From a virus (lineage: Duplodnaviria; Heunggongvirae; Uroviricota; Caudoviricetes), in IMG/VR virus record IMGVR_UViG_2737471848_000024: a stretch of DNA of 5,447 bases. One strand, given 5' to 3'. This document shows positions 1-5,447 of the stretch, piece after piece. The notes beneath the pieces were generated by a model, which ran no database searches, had not been told where the DNA came from, and saw only the letters and a list, made by a program, of their open reading frames with translations. The position numbers were made by a program, and so were the translations under genes. Positions within the stretch are counted from its first letter, which is position 1, and each line of letters begins with the position of its first letter.

Positions 1-138
1 GAAGTGGAACTGGCCACACTCACGTGGGTGGACTGGTATAACAATCGACGATTGCTGGAAAGGCTGGGCCATACTCCTCCGGCAGAAGCAGAAAAAGCTT
101 ATTATGCTTCCATCGGAAACGATGATCTGGCAGCCTGA
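1..138 (+). mobile_element. 3' end of a transposase ORF (rve/DDE integrase-core C-terminus, IS3-family-like); 5' part lies outside the window
   Basis: Frame 1 is open from the window edge to TGA at 136-138 and translates to EVELATLTWVDWYNNRRLLERLGHTPPAEAEKAYYASIGNDDLAA. The W-x-D-W-Y-N-x-R-R-L ... P-P-x-E-x-E-x-x-Y-Y tail is typical of the C-terminus of IS3-family OrfB transposases. The exact IS and its terminal inverted repeat (expected within about 139-185) could not be identified by eye. Confidence 0.55.
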
Positions 139-185
139 GTTCACAGATAAAACACTCTCCAGGAAACCCGGGGCGGTTCACGATA

Positions 186-374
186 ATGAAAACGTTATTA
201 CCAAACGTTAATACGTCTGAAGGTTGTTTTGAAATTGGTGTCACTATCAGTAACCCTGTATTTACTGAAGATGCCATTAACAAGAGAAAACACGAACGGG
301 AGTTATTAAATAAAATATGCATTCTTTCAATGCTGGCCCGTTTACGTCCGATACAAAAAGGATGCTGGCAATGA
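186..374 (+). CDS. dicB: Cell-division inhibitor DicB (62 aa), prophage-encoded MinC-targeting protein
   Basis: The 62-aa translation MKTLLPNVNTSEGCFEIGVTISNPVFTEDAINKRKHERELLNKICILSMLARLRPIQKGCWQ matches, from memory, E. coli K-12 Qin DicB (also 62 aa, MKTLLPNVNTSEGCFEIGVTISNPVFTEDAINKRK...) with a few substitutions near the C-terminus. Identification rests on recall, not a search. Confidence 0.75.
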   Translation: MKTLLPNVNTSEGCFEIGVTISNPVFTEDAINKRKHERELLNKICILSMLARLRPIQKGCWQ

Positions 375-562
375 ATACAGCATTTGCACTTGTTCTGACA
401 GTTTTTCTTGTTTCCGGAGAGCCAGTTGATATTGCAGTCAGTGTTCACAGGACAATGCAGGAGTGTATGACTGCAGCAACCGAACAGAAAATTCCCGGTA
501 ACTGTTACCCGGTCGATAAAGTTATTCACCAGGATAATATCGAAATCCCGGCAGGTCTTTAA
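371..562 (+). CDS. ydfD: YdfD-like small prophage protein (63 aa) with an N-terminal hydrophobic segment; Qin YdfD is described as a lysis protein
   Basis: ATG at 371 overlaps the dicB stop (ATGA, 371-374) and is preceded by AAGGA at 358-362 with 8-nt spacing. The translation MNTAFALVLTVFLVSGEPVD...NCYPVDKVIHQDNIEIPAGL has a hydrophobic N-terminus and two Cys. Length (63 aa) and position directly after dicB match K-12 ydfD. The ORF track start at 317 has no comparable RBS. Confidence 0.6.
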   Translation: MNTAFALVLTVFLVSGEPVDIAVSVHRTMQECMTAATEQKIPGNCYPVDKVIHQDNIEIPAGL

Positions 563-655
563 AACAGTTCCGTAATAAATATCCGGTTTCATTCTTATAT
601 GCCAGCAATGGCAGGGATTTGTTCATCCTTAAATCTGTCATGAGGTTAAAACAAA

Positions 656-3127
656 ATGAGTAAAGTCTTTATTTGCGCCGCCATTCCTGACGAACTGGCA
701 ACAAGGGAAGAAGGCGCTGTGGCTGTAGCCACAGCTATTGAAGCTGGCGACGAACGCCGTGCTCGAGCAAAATTTCACTGGCAATTCCTGGAACATTATC
801 CGGCTGCTCAGGACTGCGCTTATAAATTTATTATCTGCGAGGATAAACCTGGCATACCCCGCCCTGCCCTCGATTCATGGGATGCTGAATATATGCAGGA
901 AAACCGCTGGGATGAGGATTCTGCTTCTTTTGTCCCGGTTGAGACTGAATCCGATCTGATGAACGTCACTTTTGACAAGCTGGCCCCTGAAGTACAGAAC
1001 GCTCTCATGGTTAAGTTCGACACATGTGAAAACATCACCGTTGATATGGTTATTAGCGCACAGGAATTGTTGCAGGAAGACATGGCAACATTCAACGGAC
1101 ATATCGTTGAAGCGTTGATGAAAATGCCAGAAGTTAACGCCATGTATCCGGAGCTTAAGCTGCATGCCATCGGGTGGGTTAAGCATAAATGTAAGCCTGG
1201 TGCCAAATGGCCCGAAATTCAGGCAGAGATGCGCATCTGGAAAAAACGTCGCGAAGGTGAACGCAAGGAAACCGGAAAATACACGTCTGTTGTTGATCTC
1301 GCCCGCGCCAGAGTCAATCAACAGCACACTGAAAATTCAACAGGAAAAATCAGCCTGGTCATTGCTGCCATTCATCGCGAATACAAACAGACATGGAAAA
1401 CACTGGATGACGAACTGGCCTACGCTCTCTGGCCTGGTGATGTGGATGCCGGAAACATTGACGGCAGCATCCATCGCTGGGCAAAAAATGAAGTTATCGA
1501 CAACGACCGCGAAGACTGGAAGCGTATCTCGGCATCAATGCGCAAACAGCCTGATGCCCTTCGCTACGACCGCCAGACTATTTTTGGCCTTGTCCGTGAA
1601 CGTCCGATCGACATTCACAAAGACCCTGTGGCACTGAACAAATACATTACTGAATACCTGACTACAAAGGGCGTGTTTGAAGATGAAGGAACAAATCAGA
1701 GCGCAACTGACACTCTCTCGTCGCCAGTACCAGAAACTGATGCAGTGGAAACGGCAATTCCGGACAACGAAAAAACCGAATGCAAAGTGGAAGTCGAACC
1801 ATCTGTAGAGCGTGAGGGGCCGTTCTACTTCCTCTTCACCGACAAGGATGGCGAAAAATACGGTCGCGCAAACAAACTTTCTGGTCTGGATAAGGCACTG
1901 GCTGCCGGGGCTACTGAAATCACGAAAGAAGAATATTTCGCCCGCAAAAACGGTACATACTCAGGTTCACAACAAAATACTGGTGCATCTGACACGACCG
2001 CACAACCAGAGCCGGTAAAAGTTACCGCTGACGAAGTAAACAAAATTATGCAGGCAGCCAATATCAGCCAGCCTGACGCCGATAAGTTGCTTGCTGCCTC
2101 TCGCGGAGAATTTGTTGCAGGGATTAGCGACCCGAATGATCCGAAATGGGTTAAGGGGATCCAGACCCGCGATTCTGTAAACCAGAACCAGCATGAATCG
2201 GAACGGAACTACCAAAAAGCGGAACAAAACAGCCCAAATGCGTTACAAAACGAGCCAGAAACGAAACAGCCTGAACCAGTGGCGCAACAGGAAGTGGAAA
2301 AAGTCTGCACCGCCTGCGGTCAGACCGGCGGCGGCAACTGCCCTGATTGTGGCGCGGTGATGGGCGACGCAACATACCAGGAAACATTCGATGAAGAGTA
2401 TCAGGTTGAAGTTCAGGAAGATGATCCGGAGAAAATGGAAGGCGCTGAACATCCACACAAGGAGAACACTGGCGGCAATCAGCATCACGATAGCGATAAT
2501 GAAACTGGCGAGACGGCAGATCACTCAATTAAGGTGAACGGTCATCAAGAAATCACATCCACCAGCAGGACGTGTGACCATCTAATGATCGACCTTGAAA
2601 CCATGGGAAAAAATCCTGATGCCCCGATCATCTCAATAGGTGCAATATTTTTCGATCCGCAAACCGGAGATATGGGACCGGAATTTAGTAAGACTATCGA
2701 TCTGGAAACTGCTGGCGGAGTCATTGATCGGGACACCATTAAATGGTGGCTTAAGCAATCACGCGAAGCGCAATCTGCCATTATGACCGATGAAATCCAG
2801 TTAGATGATGCACTGTTACAATTGCGGGAATTTATCGACGAAAACTCCGGTGAATTTTTTGTTCAGGTCTGGGGAAATGGAGCCAACTTCGACAACACGA
2901 TTTTGCGCCGTTCATACGAACGGCAGGGGATCCCCTGCCCGTGGCGTTACTACAACGATCGCGATGTACGCACAATCGTTGAGCTGGGGAAAGCCATAGA
3001 CTTCGATGCCAGAACGGCTATTCCATTCGAAGGTGAGCGCCATAATGCACTTGATGACGCCCGTTACCAGGCAAAATACGTTTCAGCTATCTGGCAAAAA
3101 CTGATCCCGAGTCAGGCTGATTTTTAA
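656..3127 (+). CDS. Prophage exonuclease, 823 aa (annotated in enterobacterial prophages as exodeoxyribonuclease VIII-like / YdfE-like), with a C-terminal DEDDh 3'-5' exonuclease domain
   Basis: Long ORF with GAGG 10 nt upstream of the ATG. The C-terminal ~185 aa carries the three DnaQ-like motifs: MIDLETMG (Asp 2591-2593, Glu 2597-2599), WGNGANFD (Asp 2891-2893) and HNALDDARY (His 3041-3043, Asp 3056-3058). The middle ~290 aa are acidic and Gln/Asn/Thr-rich, and contain a DKLLAASRGEFVAGISDPNDPKWVKGIQTRD patch that I recall as shared with RecE-family proteins (uncertain). It occupies the position of ydfE in K-12 Qin. Confidence 0.85.
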   Translation: MSKVFICAAIPDELATREEGAVAVATAIEAGDERRARAKFHWQFLEHYPAAQDCAYKFIICEDKPGIPRPALDSWDAEYMQENRWDEDSASFVPVETESDLMNVTFDKLAPEVQNALMVKFDTCENITVDMVISAQELLQEDMATFNGHIVEALMKMPEVNAMYPELKLHAIGWVKHKCKPGAKWPEIQAEMRIWKKRREGERKETGKYTSVVDLARARVNQQHTENSTGKISLVIAAIHREYKQTWKTLDDELAYALWPGDVDAGNIDGSIHRWAKNEVIDNDREDWKRISASMRKQPDALRYDRQTIFGLVRERPIDIHKDPVALNKYITEYLTTKGVFEDEGTNQSATDTLSSPVPETDAVETAIPDNEKTECKVEVEPSVEREGPFYFLFTDKDGEKYGRANKLSGLDKALAAGATEITKEEYFARKNGTYSGSQQNTGASDTTAQPEPVKVTADEVNKIMQAANISQPDADKLLAASRGEFVAGISDPNDPKWVKGIQTRDSVNQNQHESERNYQKAEQNSPNALQNEPETKQPEPVAQQEVEKVCTACGQTGGGNCPDCGAVMGDATYQETFDEEYQVEVQEDDPEKMEGAEHPHKENTGGNQHHDSDNETGETADHSIKVNGHQEITSTSRTCDHLMIDLETMGKNPDAPIISIGAIFFDPQTGDMGPEFSKTIDLETAGGVIDRDTIKWWLKQSREAQSAIMTDEIQLDDALLQLREFIDENSGEFFVQVWGNGANFDNTILRRSYERQGIPCPWRYYNDRDVRTIVELGKAIDFDARTAIPFEGERHNALDDARYQAKYVSAIWQKLIPSQADF

Positions 3128-3140
3128 TGTTCAACCCTGA

Positions 3141-3170
3141 TCGCCGCTAACCACATATAGTTAGCGGCGG
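3141..3170 (+). other. Perfect inverted repeat (stem-loop) in the exo-xis intergenic region; function unknown
   Basis: CGCCGCTAA (3142-3150) pairs with TTAGCGGCG (3161-3169), with a possible extra T:G pair at 3141/3170 and a 10-nt loop CCACATATAG. No U-tract follows, so it is not a canonical intrinsic terminator. Confidence 0.35.
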
Positions 3171-3185
3171 TTATGAGATATAGCT

Positions 3186-3389
3186 ATGAGCAGCTTATTT
3201 TTAACCGAAGATGAATTGCTAATATTAACGGGCTGCAAATATGCAAGCCACCAGCGAAAATGGTTAATGGAAAACGGGCTTCCGTTCTATACCAATCGTA
3301 GTGGCAAACCGATTGTCAGCCGGGATCTATTTACCTGCAATAAAACTTTACCACCACGCGAGGTAGAGCCGAATTTTGGTGCGATCTGA
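3186..3389 (+). CDS. Small excisionase-like protein (putative recombination directionality factor), 67 aa
   Basis: Small ORF directly upstream of the integrase; its stop TGA (3387-3389) overlaps the int ATG (3389-3391) by 1 nt, suggesting translational coupling. Size and position are typical of xis in lambdoid int-xis modules. The call is mainly positional; the sequence (MSSLFLTEDELLILTGCKYASHQRKWLMENGLPFY...) resembles DUF4224-type small proteins from memory only. Confidence 0.55.
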   Translation: MSSLFLTEDELLILTGCKYASHQRKWLMENGLPFYTNRSGKPIVSRDLFTCNKTLPPREVEPNFGAI

Positions 3390-4414
3390 TGGGAAGACGA
3401 AGGAAAAATCCTGAACACGAAAAATTACCTCCAAATGTATACCCAAATAAATATAGTTATGTATGGAAACCAACATCCAGAGAATCTGTAACACTAACCG
3501 CCATCAAGGATGGTTTAGCTGCTTTATGGAAAAAGTATGAGGAAACTGTAAATAATCGCGATCGTGCAATGACATTCGGTCGCTTGTGGGAAAAATTCCT
3601 CGCCAGCGCCTGTTACAGTGACCTTAGCCCAAGAACACAAAAAGATTATCTGCAACATCAAAAAAAGTTGCTTGCCGTATTCGGTAAGGTACCAGCGGAT
3701 TCCATAAAACCAGAACACATCCGTCGATACATGGACAAAAGAGGGGAACAGAGCAAAACGCAAGCCAACCATGAAAAAAGCAGTATGTCCCGCGTTTACA
3801 GTTGGGGATATGAGCGAGGGTACGTGAAGGCTAACCCATGTGCAGGTGTAAGTAAATTCAAGGCCAAAAACCGCGAACGATATGTAACCGACAAAGAATA
3901 CCAGGCAGTATTAAGCGTTGCACCTCTTCCTGTTTTTATCGCAATGGAAATTGCCTATCTGTGTGCAGCGAGGGTTTCCGATGTGTTATCGCTGAAATGG
4001 GAGCAGATTGGAAACGACGGGATCTTTATCCAGCAAGGGAAAACAGGGAAAAAACAGATAAAAGCATGGAGTCCACGATTACAGGCGGCGATCGAAAAAG
4101 CAAAACAGTTACCAACATCCGCCTATGTAATCAGCAATCAATACGGCAACCGATATATGTACAAAGGCTTTAACGAAATGTGGGTAGAAGCAAGAAATCG
4201 CGCAGGCAAAATTTCAGGTATTTTAACCGACTTCACCTTTCATGATCTGAAGGCGAAAGGAATTTCAGACTATGAAGGAAGCAGTCGGGATAAGCAACTT
4301 TTCTCTGGTCACAAAACCGAGGGGCAAGTGCTAATCTATGACAGGAAGGTTAAAGTTTCACCGACACTTGATGTCCCGTTACCTGAAAATATTCCAAGAA
4401 AATATTCCAAGTAA
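3389..4414 (+). CDS. int: Lambda-family tyrosine integrase (site-specific recombinase), 341 aa
   Basis: N-terminus MGRRRKNPEHEKLPPNVYPN parallels the lambda Int arm-binding N-terminus MGRRRSHERRDLPPNLYIR. Catalytic region: box I Arg in AARVSDVLSLKW; box II TFHDLKAKG (lambda TFHELRSL); GHKTEGQVLIYDR (lambda GHKSDTMASQYRDDR) with the nucleophilic Tyr. It ends 52 bp before the tRNA 3' end. Confidence 0.9.
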   Translation: MGRRRKNPEHEKLPPNVYPNKYSYVWKPTSRESVTLTAIKDGLAALWKKYEETVNNRDRAMTFGRLWEKFLASACYSDLSPRTQKDYLQHQKKLLAVFGKVPADSIKPEHIRRYMDKRGEQSKTQANHEKSSMSRVYSWGYERGYVKANPCAGVSKFKAKNRERYVTDKEYQAVLSVAPLPVFIAMEIAYLCAARVSDVLSLKWEQIGNDGIFIQQGKTGKKQIKAWSPRLQAAIEKAKQLPTSAYVISNQYGNRYMYKGFNEMWVEARNRAGKISGILTDFTFHDLKAKGISDYEGSSRDKQLFSGHKTEGQVLIYDRKVKVSPTLDVPLPENIPRKYSK

Positions 4415-4421
4415 TTCCAAG
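4386..4421. repeat. Tandem direct repeats: 2 x 13 bp AAAATATTCCAAG plus a third partial copy TAATTCCAAG, spanning the int stop codon
   Basis: Read directly: 4386-4398 and 4399-4411 are identical; 4412-4421 repeats the ATTCCAAG core. The copies are read in different codon phases (NIPR vs KYSK), so the repetition is at the DNA level. Confidence 0.8.
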
Positions 4422-4466
4422 TGTGATTTTTGTCACTGACTTAATGATGTATAAGTGATTGAATTT

Positions 4467-4556
4467 TGGCGGAGAGAGGGGGATTTGAACCCCCGGTGGA
4501 GTTGCCCCCACTCCGGTTTTCGAGACCGGTCCGTTCAGCCGCTCCGGCATCTCTCC
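4467..4556 (-). tRNA. serU: tRNA-Ser (anticodon CGA), 90 nt including CCA, with a long variable arm
   Basis: Reverse complement reads GGAGAGATGCCGGAGCGGCTGAACGGACCGGTCTCGAAAACCGGAGTGGGGGCAACTCCACCGGGGGTTCAAATCCCCCTCTCTCCGCCA. It has a 7-bp acceptor stem, anticodon loop CUCGAAA (anticodon CGA) and a T-arm GGTTCAAATCC. It closely resembles E. coli serU as recalled, and mtfA is adjacent as in K-12. Confidence 0.9.
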
Positions 4557-4649
4557 GTTCAGATGGTTGCCATGATGCCAGGAAATTTGGCATTTTAACA
4601 GTCCCTGTCCGTGCAATTTTGTTCAAGTGACGAGTTTGCGAGCAAAACG

Positions 4650-5447
4650 ATGATTAAGTGGCCCTGGAAAGTACAAGAATCAGCACATCAAACTGCCCTT
4701 CCCTGGCAGGAAGCACTATCGATCCCCCTTTTAACGTGTCTGACAGAACAGGAACAAAGCAAATTGGTCGCTCTTGCCGAACGTTTTTTACAGCAAAAAC
4801 GGCTTGTTCCTTTACAGGGCTTTGAGCTGAATTCATTAAGAAGCTGCCGGATAGCACTTCTATTTTGCCTGCCCGTTCTGGAGTTAGGACTGGAATGGCT
4901 GGATGGTTTTCATGAAGTCTTAATTTATCCTGCGCCATTTGTGGTCGATGATGAATGGGAAGACGATATCGGTCTGGTGCATAACCAACGTATTGTTCAG
5001 TCAGGTCAGAGCTGGCAGCAAGGGCCTATCGTTTTGAACTGGTTGGATATACAAGATTCTTTTGATGCTTCTGGTTTTAACCTGATTATTCATGAAGTCG
5101 CTCATAAGCTGGACACCCGTAACGGCGATCGCGCCAGCGGAGTTCCCTTTATTTCGTTGCGTGAGGTTGCTGGCTGGGAACACGATCTTCATGCTGCAAT
5201 GAACAACATTCAGGAAGAAATCGAATTAGTTGGTGAGAATGCGGCGAGCATTGATGCTTATGCTGCCAGTGATCCTGCTGAATGTTTTGCCGTACTTTCT
5301 GAATATTTCTTTAGCGCCCCAGAACTTTTTGCTCCTCGTTTCCCTTCATTGTGGCAACGTTTCTGTCAATTTTATCAACAAGATCCTTTGCAGAGACTGC
5401 ATCACGCTAATGATACAGACTCGTTTTCGGCGACGAATGTTCATTAA
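4650..5447 (+). CDS. mtfA: MtfA (Mlc titration factor A / zinc-dependent peptidase), 265 aa
   Basis: Translation from ATG 4650 ([28 protein letters not shown]...) matches E. coli MtfA/YeeI as recalled, including the HEVAH zinc-binding motif ([10 protein letters not shown]), and gives the K-12 length of 265 aa. The ORF track start at 4611 adds 13 residues not present in the recalled protein. Confidence 0.9.
   Translation: MIKWPWKVQESAHQTALPWQEALSIPLLTCLTEQEQSKLVALAERFLQQKRLVPLQGFELNSLRSCRIALLFCLPVLELGLEWLDGFHEVLIYPAPFVVDDEWEDDIGLVHNQRIVQSGQSWQQGPIVLNWLDIQDSFDASGFNLIIHEVAHKLDTRNGDRASGVPFISLREVAGWEHDLHAAMNNIQEEIELVGENAASIDAYAASDPAECFAVLSEYFFSAPELFAPRFPSLWQRFCQFYQQDPLQRLHHANDTDSFSATNVH

Noticed and set aside
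139-185. Possible dicF sRNA or IS terminal inverted repeat between the transposase stop and dicB
   Set aside because: The segment is too short for the 53-nt dicF and does not resemble it as I recall it. An IS end may lie here (for example ending ...GGTTCA at 176-181), but I cannot define an inverted repeat without the other end of the element.
317-562. Longer 81-aa version of the ydfD-like ORF starting at ATG 317
   Set aside because: No RBS precedes 317, whereas ATG 371 has AAGGA at 8-nt spacing and the ATGA overlap with dicB, and gives the 63-aa length recalled for YdfD.
20-592. 190-aa ORF on the minus strand (MKPDIYYGTVLKTCRDFD...)
   Set aside because: It runs antisense across the transposase 3' end, dicB and ydfD, all of which have independent support. 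Its translation is Cys-rich and low in complexity, with no recognisable motif or convincing RBS. Most likely a chance open frame.
738-2999. Eleven ORFs of 64-157 aa in alternative frames on both strands (e.g. 820-1206 -, 875-1327 -, 1164-1637 +, 2151-2528 -)
   Set aside because: All are nested inside the 823-aa exonuclease gene, which has clear catalytic motifs. None has recognisable motifs, and several are Cys/Arg-rich as expected for off-frame translation.
3524-4173. ORFs 3524-3772 (-) and 3961-4173 (+)
   Set aside because: Both are nested inside the integrase gene in other frames and have no supporting features.
4350-4626. Minus-strand ORFs 4350-4616 (88 aa) and 4441-4626 (61 aa)
   Set aside because: They are translations across the tRNA-Ser gene and the int 3' end. 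The tRNA structure explains this region.
4611-4649. Upstream start (ATG 4611) for mtfA giving a 278-aa product
   Set aside because: The recalled MtfA begins MIKWPWK and is 265 aa, matching ATG 4650. The 13 extra residues lie in the divergent serU/mtfA promoter region.
4557-4649. Divergent promoters for the tRNA (minus strand) and mtfA (plus strand)
   Set aside because: Candidate hexamers (TTGCAC, TAAAAT on the minus strand) do not have acceptable 16-18 bp spacing in any combination I tried, so I could not place -35/-10 elements confidently.
4654-5192. Minus-strand ORFs 4654-4938 and 5001-5192
   Set aside because: Antisense and nested within mtfA, with no supporting features.
1-5447. CRISPR array, rRNA, or a recognisable defence or toxin-antitoxin system beyond dicB/ydfD
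   Set aside because: No short direct repeats with regular unique spacers and no rRNA-like sequence were seen. All large ORFs are accounted for by known prophage or core functions. The novelty, if any, lies in protein architecture and not in an unannotated gene system.

Overview
This window looks like the integrase-proximal arm of a Qin-like lambdoid prophage inserted at the 3' end of a tRNA-Ser(CGA) gene (serU-like) in an Escherichia/Shigella-type chromosome, with the core gene mtfA on the far side of the tRNA. Left to right on the + strand: the 3' end of an rve-type (IS3-family-like) transposase gene (1-138); dicB (186-374); a ydfD-like small protein gene overlapping it by ATGA (371-562); an 823-aa prophage exonuclease (656-3127); a small xis-like gene (3186-3389); and a lambda-family tyrosine integrase (3389-4414) whose 3' end carries 13-bp tandem repeats. 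The tRNA lies on the - strand at 4467-4556, and mtfA occupies 4650-5447. I see no CRISPR array, rRNA or recognisable defence-system signature, and I do not think the window holds a wholly new system. The points most worth follow-up are the exonuclease architecture (acidic linker with an embedded Cys4 knuckle, DEDDh C-terminal domain, no adjacent annealase gene), a Lys in place of the box II Arg in the integrase, the tandem repeats next to the att region, and the transposase insertion directly upstream of dicB. All gene identifications rest on motifs I can read in the translations and on recalled reference sequences; no database search was run.
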